A program made the translations under genes and the position numbers. DNA of 64,000 nt from Macrostomum lignano (lineage: Eukaryota), in contig NIVC01000089.1 of NCBI GenBank assembly GCA_002269645.1, forward strand, positions 986,078 through 1,050,077, written 5' to 3'. This document shows positions 12,801 through 25,144 of this stretch, in pieces. A model generated the notes under the pieces. The model made no database searches and had not been told where the DNA came from. It saw nothing but the letters and a program-made list of their open reading frames with translations. The stretch's first letter is position 1. Each line of letters begins with the position of its first letter.

Positions 12801-13169
12801 TAAACTCCTTTTCTACATCAAACAGACATCCAGACTTACAATTTCACAAGGCAGGCCTACTGCAACTACTAAAAGTGGTATGTTTAGTTTGTAGAATCAG
12901 CTGCAACAAATGATGCTAATTTCATCATTGAGTAAAAAACGAACTTTGTCTTCCGCAACAAAATCCTGCAAAACAATTTTTCATGCGTTTTTCTCATTAA
13001 GTAGTAAAAAAGAACCAGATTAAGTCACGGACACGAATCGCATTAATATCTATCGTGATGGTTTCAAAAGGATTTTGCGTTTGATGATGAACTCCCAGTT
13101 CTCAGATTGAGCAAAGAATTTTACGAGAACGCTGCAGAAAACATATTTCATTCAATGTACTCTTTTTGA

Positions 13170-13700
<531 letters not shown>

Positions 13701-14358
13701 CCCACTAATGACTTCAGCATCAGCACATCTGCACTTTTTCGGCCGATTCGATTTCCAGCTTCCACCTGACCTTCTTCCTCCTCCCGGAGCGCACCTGGGA
13801 TGGCGGATGACAAAATCTCGGCACCTCAGCTTCCCCAAGACGGAGGCTGGGCGCATCAAGGAAGGATGAAAAGCTAAAGAGAATTTGGGACAGCGCCTTC
13901 ATCAACCACCCCAAGGAGCCTGGGCCTGGAAAAGCAGACTGCGCGGGTCCTGATCCCTTTAGCGAGTCCTATCTCCCCAGGCCCCTCGTTCTGTCTCCGT
14001 GTCCAGCCAAGGATATCTGTAGCAGCAAGCTGGACTGGCCGTACAGTAACTGAGGCCAAACAGAGGCAGATTGGCTGGATTTTGTCAATTGCAATTTTCA
14101 TACCAGCGACATTAAGCGGCACGCAATGCTTTGACCTTGCTGCCCCCCTTTGTGGCTCATAAAGATAGACTGACAATGCCGTCATGCGATTTGGCCAATT
14201 CCTTAGCCTATCAGTTTCTCTGAAAAATCTGAGCCACGAAGTACTTTGCGTCTCTATTGCGCTCAACAAAGCGTTGTGTTTTACGCAACATATCGACGAA
14301 TGTGTTTATTGATGCTGAAAAAATGATTGCAGGTGCAAGGGCTGTAAGTACTGGCCCA

Positions 14359-14747
14359 GGTGCGCCAGCACCAGGGGCGCCAGCACCAGGGGCGCCAGCA
14401 CCAGGGGCGCCAGCACCAGGGGCGCCAGCACCAGGGGCGCCAGCACCAGGGGCGCCAGCACCAGGGGCGCCAGCACCAGGGGCGCCAGCACCAGGGGCGC
14501 CAGCACCAGGGGCGCCAGCACCAGGGGCGCCAGCACCAGGGGCGCCAGCACCAGGGGCGCCAGCACCAGGGGCGCCAGCACCAGGGGCGCCAGCACCAGG
14601 GGCGCCAGCACCAGGGGCGCCAGCACCAGGGGCGCCAGCACCAGGGGCGCCAGCACCAGGGGCGCCAGCACCAGGGGCGTCAGCACCAGGGGCGCCAGCA
14701 CCAGGGGTGCCAGCACCAGGGGCGCCAGCACCAGGGGCGCCAGCACA
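14359..14747. repeat. 15-bp GC-rich minisatellite (ggggcgccagcacca), ~26 copies
   Basis: Near-perfect units; translates as (GAPAP)n. Confidence 0.97.
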
Positions 14748-15078
14748 GGGCAGACAGACAGGGCAGACAGACAGGGGCAAACAGACAGGGGCAGACAGAC
14801 AGGGGCAGACAGACAGGGGCAGACAGACAGGGGCAGACAGACAGGGGCAGACAGACAGGGGCAGACAGACAGGGGCAGACAGACAGGGCAGACAGACAGG
14901 GGCAGACAGACAGGGCAGACAGACAGGGGCAGACAGACAGGGGCAGACAGACAGGGGCAGACAGACAGGGGCAGACAGACAGGGCAGACAGACAGGGGCA
15001 GACAGACAGGGCAGACAGACAGGGGCAGACAGACAGGGGCAGACAGACAGGGGCAGACAGACAGGGCAGACAGACAGG
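14748..15078. repeat. 14/15-bp minisatellite (ggggcagacagacag), inverted relative to the 13.5-13.7 kb array
   Basis: Unit is the reverse complement of ctgtctgtctgcccc. Confidence 0.93.
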
Positions 15079-15774
15079 TGCCTGACGGCCGCTGGAGGGG
15101 GGGGGGTTGGCAGGTCGGCGGAGGGCGGATCCGGCCCTGCCCAGCAGCCGGGTGGATGGCAGGCGGAGGCTGGGGGGAGTTGATGGCGAGCGCACGCAAG
15201 GCGAGTCCAGCCGCATCCTCCCTAAAAAAAGGGGAAGCCCCGAAAAATGTCTGCATTCACTGCACTCTTCACTCTTCCACGCGGCCTGGGCGGAGACACT
15301 TCCCCTTCTCCTTCTTCTCGCCTCCCGCTCTCTTTCTACCTCTTTTCCTACTCTTCTTTTTAATATCCCCCACACGCCCGCCCAGCCAGTCCATTGCCCC
15401 CCCCCTGCCCTCTGCTGCATTGGCGAGAGCCGGGCAAGAGCGGAGCAGAAGAAACGACTGGAGGCCAGAGTGGAGGAGGAGAGCCCACGGGGAGCTGCCA
15501 GCCCCAGCCCCGGCAGGGAGAGTGGAAATCAGCGCATCGAAACCGCCTTCACTTCGTCCCCCCAACTCCCAGCTCTCTTATTTAGCGATCGCAGCAACAC
15601 CCTCCGCCACCAACCCCGCCACCAGGCATCCCAGCGACAGGGAGGGACCGGACACGCCAAGATTCGATTCAGTGCGCACTCTGCAGTAGCCGCGCAGGTC
15701 TGAAGATCAAGAAGCCTGTCTAAGGAGAACTTGTCCGCCGCTTTTTCACCGAATCCCACTCGAACTCCTCAAAG

Positions 15775-16920
15775 ATGATGCTCCAGGCAGCCAGTCGTCA
15801 GCAGTCGGGCTCGTTGCAGCATCACCAGAACCAGCACCAGCACCAGCACTACGGGGGCTCCGGCTCCAGGCATCATCAGCAGCAACAGCTGCAGCCGCCT
15901 CACCGCCACCAACGGCTGCCGCAGCTGCAGCCGGAGGCTCCGGGTGCGAAGTCGCCAGCGATCTCCATGGAGGCGGCCAGCCAGAGCTCCGGCCGCCTGG
16001 CCAGCGCCCTGCTGTTCCTGGCAGTGCTCGTCCTCATGGTCGACGCCTCCCGCATCATCCTGTACAGCTGGTACACCGACGGCAGCTACCTGAAGTACCT
16101 GTACGGAGCCGATTCCGACATCCGCTGGACGAAATGCGACCCGGACGCTGAGGCGGCGGCGGCGGCCGGGCCAAACGATTTCGGCTGGACCACCCCGGCG
16201 CCTGGGGGCGGCGGCTTCGCCATCACCGCAATCTCTCTGAAGCAGAGGTGGCAGAAGCGCCAGCAGCAGCGGCAGCAGCCGGAGAACCTCGACCAGTTCA
16301 AGGCCAGCCTCGTCGACGGCCTGCTGGTGGCCGGCACTCTCGCCAACTCGGCGGCCGCCTCGGCGGATTCGCCGGCAGCCCAACGAAGGATCCGCCGGCT
16401 GGCGAAGCCGCTGGTGCGGGCGCTGTTCCACGCCAGCACCGTGGCCTGCCTGTTTCTCCTGGCCGTGGCCATCTTCCCGGCGGCGCTGCGCTCCCACCGA
16501 GGCGGCTGCCTGCTGACCTGCAGCCTGCTGTTCAGCCTGGCCACCCTGCTGGCGGCCGGGGCTGCCATCGCCGCCTCGTTGCTGACGCTGTTCTTCTTCA
16601 GCGCCAGCGAGCTGCAGCCGCGGGTCCGGCCGCTGTACAGCTTCGTGCCCCAGTGCGACGCCCTCCGGCGGGCCTTCCTGGGCGCCGAGTGCTTCAGCCT
16701 GGTCGTGGTGTGCTCGGCCGTGTGCATCCTGCTCCGCCTGAAGGTGTTCTTCTGCCGCGTCCTGTGCAGCCGCTGCTGCCCGCCTGGGGAAGGCGACGGG
16801 GACGGCGGAGGCAACGGCGACATAGTCGGCGGCTACAGGGACGACGAGCGGGAGTTTGCCATGGCGAGGCGGTCTCTGGGCGGCGGCTACGCCTACGATG
16901 ATGAGGAATTCTTGGCTTGA
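15775..16920 (+). CDS. Intronless four-TM protein with claudin/PMP22-like topology, 381 aa
   Basis: High-GC3 ORF. Gln/His-rich N-terminus, TM1 (ALLFLAVLVLMV), long first loop, TM2 (LFHASTVACLFLLAVAIF), short loop, TM3 (LLFSLATLLAAGAAIAASLLTLFFF), loop 2, TM4 (FLGAECFSLVVVCSAVCILL), then a juxtamembrane Cys cluster (CRVLCSRCC). Family assigned from topology only. Confidence 0.8.
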   Translation: MMLQAASRQQSGSLQHHQNQHQHQHYGGSGSRHHQQQQLQPPHRHQRLPQLQPEAPGAKSPAISMEAASQSSGRLASALLFLAVLVLMVDASRIILYSWYTDGSYLKYLYGADSDIRWTKCDPDAEAAAAAGPNDFGWTTPAPGGGGFAITAISLKQRWQKRQQQRQQPENLDQFKASLVDGLLVAGTLANSAAASADSPAAQRRIRRLAKPLVRALFHASTVACLFLLAVAIFPAALRSHRGGCLLTCSLLFSLATLLAAGAAIAASLLTLFFFSASELQPRVRPLYSFVPQCDALRRAFLGAECFSLVVVCSAVCILLRLKVFFCRVLCSRCCPPGEGDGDGGGNGDIVGGYRDDEREFAMARRSLGGGYAYDDEEFLA

Positions 16921-17472
16921 GCATTTGTGCACAAGCATCAGGCACACTCACTCACTGAATCAATCAAATGAGCACCAATGAAGCTTGTAAAATACACCGA
17001 GATCAGCTTGTCTGAACTTTTCGCATTAGCCAACTTTAATTGCTCTGCTTTATCAGTGTCATAAAAGCTTGCGGGGTTGTAAAACTATTGCAGTGTTGGC
17101 CCGGAGCCAGCAGAGAGTCTGGTCGTAAAAACTTCGACATAATTATGGAATGGGGAATGGATAGCCATGCGTGCTCTGAATAATAGATGCATCGACGCGC
17201 ACGCATCTACCCGAATTTCGGGGAATTTGAAAATTGTGATTGGTCTGCTTCAGAAGTTCGCGGGTACGGATGGAGACCAATGTTCTAAGAACTTGTGCGA
17301 TTCACAGCCGAGAGTGTACATGCCTGCGATTAGAAAGTCAGGGCCTGTGTAGACCCTGTGTGAGCGTGTGCAATGTGTATGTAAGGGTGGCCGTAGCCCA
17401 GTGAATGGTCCAGCCAGGCGGCCCAGGCTCGATTCCAAGTGCAGTCGCATTAATTTGGGGCTCAATTGGAAT

Positions 17473-18133
17473 CTTCTTCTTCTTCTTCTTCGGGCGCGCT
17501 CGGGCCAGGGCCCATGGCACCGGGCGTCAGACGGCGCCCGCCTTCCCGAGGAAGTTCAGCACCGCGACGCAGTTCTCGAAGACTGCCGCGGGCTCCGGGC
17601 TTGGCCCCCAGAGGCGGCAGCGGTGTGGAGTCAGGGCGGGGCAGGAGATCAGCAGATGGGCCGCCGTCTCCTCTCCATCGCCACAGAAGCGGCAGATGGG
17701 GGCCACGTCAACGCCGATGGCGGCCTGGAAGCCCCGCAGTGCCGGGCAGCGGTCGGCGCGCAGCTGGCAGATCAACCGCTCCTGCCGCCGCGTGAGGTCG
17801 CTCGTCGGCGGAGGTGGCAGGCGGCCCGCCGTGCAGGCAAGGTGCCAGGCCAGCGAGCTCGTGCTTGCCGCCTCGGTGGCCACCGCGTTGTAAATCTGGT
17901 GCCAGCGGGCGAGGCAGTGGCGGCGGACGGCAGCCTGCGCGGCAGCCAACGGGACGGGCGCGGTGCCTTGCGCCAGCGTGGAGCCTCGCTTGGCGATCTC
18001 GTCCACGGCCTCGTTGCCGGGGATTCCCGCGTGGCCAGGCAACCACTGCAGGTGGACCTAGGTTCCCCGGGCCGCGAGGTCGGCGAGGCTGGCCCAGACG
18101 GCGTCGGGATCTTGGCTTGGCTCTGCTCGTGCA
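17473..18133 (-). mobile_element. 5'-truncated non-LTR retrotransposon (I-group/RNase H-bearing LINE) fragment, non-functional
   Basis: RNase H C-terminus (VWASLADLAARGT*VHLQWLPGHAGIPGNEAVDEIAK) with an in-frame TAG at 18058-18060; Cx2Cx8Hx4C knuckle (CRFCGDGEETAAHLLISC); stop at 17527; short 3' UTR; (GAA)6 tail at 17473-17491. Confidence 0.92.
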
Positions 18134-18954
18134 ATTAACGCCCTTGAGGGCCAACCCCCAAGGCGCAGTGAAGTGTACATGCCTAACGATAAATAAAGTG
18201 AGGGCCGCTGTACACTCCTGTGTGAGTGTGTGCCTGTGCGTATGACCTGCGTACGTATCCTTGTGCTTATGTGCCTGCCTCTGATAAAAGTATGTAATGT
18301 TCATGTACATGAACCAGTGAGGCATGCGACCTGCTCTCGACTGTCTGGAACAAGTCCCGATGTCTGGAGACGCGGTCAAGCAACTAATCTCATTCTTGAT
18401 TTGGATTCCTACCTCCCCAAATCGAATTCGCAACCCGAAGTGAGCTAACAATTTGCACAGAAATTGGTCCAGATTGGCTTGCAAAATCTGTGAGCCAAAC
18501 CATGGGGACTTCGAAGCCAATTTGGGGAATTCAGAGCGCGGCGGCCACTTCAACTCGGCCAGCTGAATGGGAACTGGGCGAACTGCACGCTGAGCTGTTT
18601 GTCTCGCCTATTAGAATTGAGCACACCAAATGAGAGGCCGCCCATAAGATGAAGAGGGCGGAGTCTGAAATGGAGAGTGGAAGAGAAGGCAAAAATCTGC
18701 ATGAGGGGAAAGCTCGAATTTGGCTGATGCGGGACGGTTTTTCTCTAAATGAGTTTTTTGCCTCTGGCCGGCTGCGGGGCCTCCGGACTGCTCAGCAATT
18801 TGCTCAGCAAATCGGGCGCCCCCCACCCCTCAGCTTCCGCGTCCAGCCTCCCGGGTCTTCTGATCTCCCTATTTGGGCTAAAAGTCCGAATTTTTGTGAG
18901 ATAGCGTTTAAGGATGTTGTCAGGGGGAGGAATATAATGGTGATGGGAGGAGAG

Positions 18955-19230
18955 AGGACAGGAGGAGAGGGAGATATAGATAAGATAGGTTAGATAGGGA
19001 TGGAAAAGTAGATAAGAGAGAGTAGGCAGAGATGGAAAAGTAGATAAGAGAGAGTAGGCAGAGATGGAAAAGTAGATAAGAGAGAGTAGGCAGAGATGGA
19101 AAAGTAGATAAGAGAGGGTAGGCAGAGATAGAGAAGTAGATAAGAGAGAGTAGGCAGAGATAGAGAAGTAGATGAGAGAGAGTAGGCAGAGATTGAAAAG
19201 TAGATAAGAGAGAGTAGGCAGAGATGGAGA
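18955..19230. repeat. 32-bp purine-rich minisatellite (gagagtaggcagagatggaaaagtagataaga)
   Basis: Tandem units. Confidence 0.9.
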
Positions 19231-19799
19231 AGCAGCTAAGAAGTTCTCCCAAGCCTTGCTTCGAGTTACAATTTATCCCTAACCTGATCCTAACTCCCAG
19301 ATTCCCAGCCGATCGCGGCTCATGACAAGTCAGCTCGTTAAGGAACCTGTTTAAGGAACCTAACGAGAGCCGAGAACTTAACGGTCGCTCTTGGATAGGT
19401 CAGCCAGCGCAAGGTCAAACTGTCCTATGAATATGTGAAAGCTAAATCCCAGCATTTAGTAAAATTCCCGAAACTAATATGGAACACTACATTGAATTCT
19501 GATGCCACTAGAGAATTCCGAAGTTTAGCATAAATATACAGCTATCTAGTAGCTATCTAGAAATCTTGATGTAGCTTTTGTCTGACCCATCTGTGCGACA
19601 CTGGAGGCAATAAATTATGGATCGAAAACAGGATTTTTACGCTCGTATAGCCAGAAAGTGTCCAAAAACTTTGCACTTTTGGAGTCTGTGAAAGAATTCG
19701 TTATAAAACGAACATTAAACAACGTGTACGAGGCTCGTTGTATGGGGCTTGACTGGAACTACTGAACTGGAATGTATTAGATATAGCCGTTTGATCTGC

Positions 19800-20665
19800 C
19801 GATGCGGCAGTTTGATCTGAGGATACGGCAGTTTGATCTGTGGATGCGGCAGTTTGATTTAAGGATGCGGCAGTTTGATTTGAGGATGCGGCAATTTGAT
19901 CTGAGGATGCGGCAGTTTGATTTGAGGATGCGGCAGTTTGATTTGAGGATGCGGCAGTTTGATCTGGGGATGCGGCAGTTTGATCTGGGGATACGGCAGT
20001 TTGATCTGAGGATGCGGCAGTTTGATCTGAGGATACGGCAGTTTGATCTGTGGATGCGGCAGTTTGATTTGAGGATGCGGCAGTTTGATCTGGGGATGCG
20101 GCAGTTTGATCTGGGGATACGGCAGTTTGATCTGAGGATGCGGCAGTTTGATTTGAGGATGCGGCAGTTTGATTTGAGGATGCGGCAATTTGATCTGAGG
20201 ATGCGGCAGTTTGATTTGAGGATGCGGCAGTTTGATTTGAGGATGCGGCAGTTTGATCTGGGGATGCGGCAGTTTGATCTGGGGATACGGCAGTTTGATC
20301 TGAGGATGCGGCAGTTTGATTTGAGGATGCGGAAGTTTGATTTGAGGATGCGGCAGTTTGATCTGGGGATGCGGCAGTTTGATCTGGGGATGCGGCAGTT
20401 TGATCTGGGGATGCGGCAGTTTGATTTGAGGATGCGGCAGTTTGATTTGAGGATGCGGCAATTTGATCTGAGGATGCGGCAGTTTGATTTGAGGATGCGG
20501 CAGTTTGATTTGAGGATGCGGCAGTTTGATCTGGGGATGCGGCAATTTGATCTGGGGATACGGCAGTTTGATCTGAGGATGCGGCAGTTTGATTTGAGGA
20601 TGCGGAAGTTTGATTTGAGGATGCGGCAGTTTGATCTGGGGATGCGGCAGTTTGATCTGGGGATG
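19800..20665. repeat. 21-bp minisatellite (gatgcggcagtttgatctgag), ~41 copies
   Basis: Tandem units; gives the spurious MRQFDLR and PHPQIKL ORFs. Confidence 0.97.
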
Positions 20666-21359
20666 CTGTACTTTAATCTCAGTTGGAGAATGTGTCAGTT
20701 AAATAATGTGTCAGTTGGATAATGTGTCAGTTGGATGATGTGTCAGTCGGATGTTGTGTCAGTTAGATATTCAAACTACCGCATGTGTCAGTTAAATAAT
20801 GTGTCAGTTGAATGATGTATCAGTTGGATGATGTGTCAGTTGGAGAATGTGTCATTTGGATAATGTGTCACTTGGAGAATGTAAAACTTTCCTGTAAAAG
20901 TGACAAAGGAAATTCAAAGAAATATTAAACGTTTATGTTCGCCAATGACACAACAATGTAATTTTTCAAACGAATGCAGTTGCTGACCGTGTGTTCATGG
21001 AGCTCATCTGATCCAAGGAAATGTATTTTCTAATTCGGCCTACTAACAGTAGATTTATCGGGTTTGATGATTAAAATATCACAGAGGTAGCGAAATGGAT
21101 GATGGATTTAACCATTTCTGCATCAGATCGTTGGATATTTTTGCGAAAGCAATGGTACAACATCACAAGCAAGAATGAATAAGGAGTATTAGCTAAGGTA
21201 GGGAGGGTCTAATTGGGGCAAAGTAAAATTCATGCTATTGATAGAAAATTAAGCATTAAAATTTCATTGCTATGTAATCATTGATTGGCAGGGGAATCTA
21301 ATTTATTTCAGAAATACAAATGTGAGGTGTCTTCTCAGCTGCGGACATAGCTAAACAGT

Positions 21360-21443
21360 TATTCAATCAATCAATCATCCAATCAATCAATCAATCAATC
21401 AACCAATTCGTCAATCAATCAATCAATCAATCAATCATCCAAG

Positions 21444-21486
<43 letters not shown>

Positions 21487-21643
21487 CCAATTCGTCAATC
21501 AATCAATCAATCAATCAATCAACCAATTCGTCAATCAATCAATCAATCAATCATCCAAGCAATCAATCAATCAATCAATCATCCAATCAATCAATCAATT
21601 AACTAATAAACTAATCAATCAATTAACCAAGCAATCAATCAAT

Positions 21644-21730
<87 letters not shown>

Positions 21731-21791
21731 CCAATCAATCAATCAATTAATTAATAAACTAATCAATCAATTAACCAAGCAATCAATCAAT

Positions 21792-21855
<64 letters not shown>

Positions 21856-21875
21856 CAAACAATCAAACAATCAAT
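21360..21875. repeat. (TCAA)n microsatellite directly downstream of the neuregulin-like stop codon
   Basis: Read directly. Confidence 0.97.
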
Positions 21876-21890
21876 CCTAGAGTAAATTGA

Positions 21891-22580
21891 TCAAAAAAAT
21901 GCTGCGCTGCCGTTTTCGTTATTTTCGTCTTGAGGCGTCGCCGGTGTCGCCATGCCGACGTTGTCAACGACGACAATTGAATTTGACGTCGCTGCCCCGC
22001 GGCACCGACAGGCGGAGAGCCGAGCAGCCGCTGAAGCCTCTGACGCCGCCGTCCCGGTGCCGCTGCCGCTGTTCGCGACGACCACGACACCTTCGTCCGT
22101 ATCAATGTCGGTGGTCCGACACGCCCCGCTGCCGCCACCGACGGAGCGTCGGATCCGCTGCATCGGCCAGGCCTCCTCGCCCAGGCTGGCGGCGGCTTCC
22201 CCCAGGACGAAGTTGTCGACATCGCCGAGGCAATAGTCAGCGGCTGCCGCGGCTGCCGATGCGTAGGGGGCGCCGCGTTGCCAAGTCCAACTGGCCGCCA
22301 TCTGCTGCTGCTGTTGCTGCTGCTGTTGAAGCGGGCGATAAAGCAGAGCAGGGGACTGCTGGCGCTGCTGGAGCTGGTGGTAATAAAAGTACTGATTCTG
22401 ATGCTGCTGGTTGTCCGTAGCAACTGGCTGGCTGAATCTGGGCGCGTACTCCTGCTGAGTTGGGCTGGTCATGGGTCGGGTGAACCACTGTTGCTCCAGG
22501 CTGTCCACAACGAACAGGTCGTGCTCGACGTCCGTGCCGACGGTGCGACTGCACTGCGGACCGCAGCCGGCCTGAACGCA
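21891..22580 (-). CDS. NRG: Neuregulin/vein-like EGFR ligand, last exon (cytoplasmic tail ending NGSAAFF*)
   Basis: Acceptor ccccgaactcttgccag| at 22581/22580 in phase 0 (an alternative in-frame acceptor lies 9 nt downstream); 229 open codons with high GC3. Confidence 0.85.
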   Translation of the reverse strand, partial: CVQAGCGPQCSRTVGTDVEHDLFVVDSLEQQWFTRPMTSPTQQEYAPRFSQPVATDNQQHQNQYFYYHQLQQRQQSPALLYRPLQQQQQQQQQMAASWTWQRGAPYASAAAAAADYCLGDVDNFVLGEAAASLGEEAWPMQRIRRSVGGGSGACRTTDIDTDEGVVVVANSGSGTGTAASEASAAARLSACRCRGAATSNSIVVVDNVGMATPATPQDENNENGSAAFF

Positions 22581-22619
22581 CTGGCAAGAGTTCGGGGAGG
22601 ATGAGGTGAGAACTGGGGA

Positions 22620-24428
22620 TGACAGGTGGAGTGGTAAGATACAGGTGGGGCCTGTCAGATACAGGTGGGCCTGTCAGAAACAGCTGGGGGCCTGTCAGAA
22701 ACAGGTGGGGTCTGTCAGAAACAGGTGGAGCCTGTCAGAAACAGGTGGGGCCTGTCAGAAACAGATGGAGCCTGTCAGAAACAGATGGAGCCTGTCAGAA
22801 AGAGCTGGAGCCTGTTAGAAACAGGTGGGGTCTGTCAGAAACAGGTGGGTCCTGTCAGAAACAGGTGGGGTCTGTCAGAAACAGGTGGAGCCTGTCAGAA
22901 ACAGGTGGGGCCTGTCAGAAACAGCTGGCGGCCTGTCAGAAACAGGTGGGGCCTGTCAGAAACAGCTGGAACCTGTCAGAAAGAGCTGGGGGTCTGTCAG
23001 AAACAGCTGGGGGCCTGTCAGAAACAGCTAGGGGCCTGTCAGAAACAGCTGGGGGCCTGTCAAAAAGAGCTGGAGCCTGTTAGAAACAGGTGGGGTCTGT
23101 CAGAAACAGGTGGGTCCTGTCAGAAACAGGTGGGGTCTGTCAGAAACAGGTGGAGCCTGTCAGAAACAGGTGGGGCCTGTCAGAAACAGCTGGGGGCCTG
23201 TCAGAAACAGGTGGGGGCCTGTCAGAAACAGGTGGGGCCTGTCAGAAACAGGTGGGGCCTGTCAGAAACAGATGGAGCCTGTCAGAAACAGGTGGAGCCT
23301 GTCAGAAAGAGCTGAAGCCTGTTAGAAACAGGTGGGGTCTGTCAGAAACAGGTGGGGCCTGTCAGATACAGGTGGGTCCTGTCAGAAACAGGTGGGGTCT
23401 GTCAGAAACAGGTGGGGCCTGTCAGATACAGGTGGGGCCTGTCAGAAACAGGTGGAGCCTGTCAGAAACAGGTGGGGCCTGTCAGAAACAGGTGGGTCCT
23501 GTCAGATATAGGTGGGGCCTGTCAGAAAGAGCTGGGGGTCTGTCAGAAACACCTGGGGGTCTGTCAGAAACAGTTGGGTCCTGTCAGAAACAGGTGGGTC
23601 CTGTCAGATACAGGTCGGGCCTGTCAGAAACAGGTGGAGCCTGTCAGAAACAGGTGGGGCCTGTCAGAAAGAGCTGGGGGTCTGTCAGAAACAGTTGGGG
23701 GTCTGTCAGAAACACCTGGAGGTCTGTCAGAAACAGGTGGGGCCTGTCAGATACAGGTGGGGCCTGTCAGATACAGGTGGGGCCTGTCAGATATAGGTGG
23801 GGCCTGTCAGAAAGAGCTGGGGGTCTGTCAGAAACACCTGGGGGTCTGTCAGAAAGAGCTGGAGCCTGTCAGAAACAGCTGGGGTCTGTCAGAAACAGTT
23901 GGGTCCTGTCAGAAACAGGTGGGTCCTGTCAGATACAGGTCGGGCCTGTCAGAAACAGGTGGAGCCTGTCAGAAACAGGTGGGTCCTGTCAGATACAGGT
24001 GGGGCCTGTTAGATACAGGTGGGGCCTGTCAGAAAGAGCTGGGGGTCTGTCAGAAACACCTGGGGGTCTGTCAGAAACACCTGGGGGTCTGTCAGAAACA
24101 GGTGGGGCCTGTCAGAAACAGGTGGGGCCTGTCAGAAAGAGCTGGGGGTCTGTCAGAAACACCTGGGGGTCTGTCAGAAACAGGTGGGGCCTGTCAGAAA
24201 GAGCTGGAGCCTGTCAGAAACAGCTGGGGTCTGTCAGAAACAGTTGGGTCCTGTCAGAAACAGGTGGGTCCTGTCAGATACAGGTCGGGCCTGTCAGAAA
24301 CAGGTGGAGCCTGTCAGAAACAGGTGGGTCCTGTCAGATACAGGTGGGGCCTGTTAGATACAGGTGGGGCCTGTCAGATACAGTTGGGTCCTGTCAGAAA
24401 CAGGTGGGTCCTGTCAGATACAGGTGGG
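22620..24428. repeat. ~20-bp intronic minisatellite (ctgtcagaaacaggtggggc), ~88 copies
   Basis: Fills nearly the whole intron. Confidence 0.97.
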
Positions 24429-24447
24429 CGCACGGGCAGCTCCTCAC

Positions 24448-24508
24448 CTGGGATCGCTCATTCTCCCGCTTGCTCCGTCGCCAGAAATCGAAATCGCGTC
24501 TTCGCTGC
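24448..24508 (-). CDS. NRG: Neuregulin-like exon: stop-transfer/juxtamembrane (RQRRRDFDFWRRSKRENERSQ)
   Basis: cttacag| acceptor, CAG|GTGAGG donor, 61 nt, phase 2 in and phase 0 out, matching both neighbours. Confidence 0.88.
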
Positions 24509-25000
24509 CTGTAAGATTGAGAAGGCGATTGCGAAGCGAAGTGGAGAATTTTCAAAGAAAAATGCTAATGCGCAAAATCACCTACTAAAAGTAGATTAGA
24601 GTAGTTAGTGCGAAAAATGCTTGTTGTCAAAACAAGGTAGAAATTCTCTACGTTGCAACGGCTTTTGAATAGTTAATTTGATGATGAAATCAAGCTACAG
24701 TTTCAACAACCTTCTCAATACTTTTTGTCAACAATTGCTTCTAAAAGCAGCAAAGTGGAATTCAGAGCCGTTTTTAAGTTATTCAAATTGACAACGAAAC
24801 ATTGTTTTTTATTTAAACAAAGCAGCCGTTTCAAGTTTTGAAGAGTTAGCTGCTAAGTGTAGTTCAGTGTTTTTCATAGCATAGGGTGTCCATGGAGTTG
24901 AAGGTACTGCTAGTTATATCGAAGGTATTCAGGATGCTAATTGATAATTATGAGGTAACTAATGATTTTTTGGTGACACTTACTAGTAAGAAGCACCTAC

Positions 25001-25100
25001 CTGGACAGGTACCAGGATATGAGCAGAATCAGCAGCAGCATGGTGAGCAGCAGCCCAATGCCGGTCACAGTCAGAATTCTGTCGGTTCGGTGAAAGCAGT
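25001..25100 (-). CDS. NRG: Neuregulin-like exon: transmembrane helix (CFHRTDRILTVTGIGLLLTMLLLILLISWYLS)
   Basis: ctccttccag| acceptor, CAG|GTAGGT donor, 100 nt, phase 1 in and phase 2 out. Confidence 0.93.
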
Positions 25101-25144
25101 CTGGAAGGAGAGTGTGTTTGCTGTGTGCTAATCAACATGTGAAA

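Noticed and set aside
13801-13875. [17 protein letters not shown], resembling the MCT/SLC16 PDGGW motif
   Set aside because: Stops after 25 codons and no transporter TM exons follow.
14257-15183. (GAPAP)n elastin/collagen-like ORF
   Set aside because: Identical 15-bp DNA units with no synonymous variation, no ATG or signal peptide, and it runs on into another satellite.
15769-16947. 392-aa minus-strand ORF
   Set aside because: Shadow of the four-TM gene; codon bias and hydropathy support the + strand.
19802-20722. MRQFDLR heptad ORF that looks like a coiled coil
   Set aside because: Pure 21-bp minisatellite, open on both strands, with no unique flanking coding sequence.
22619-24599. Long Cys/Trp-containing ORFs up to 474 aa
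   Set aside because: Translations of a 20-bp intronic satellite on the strand opposite the neuregulin-like gene.
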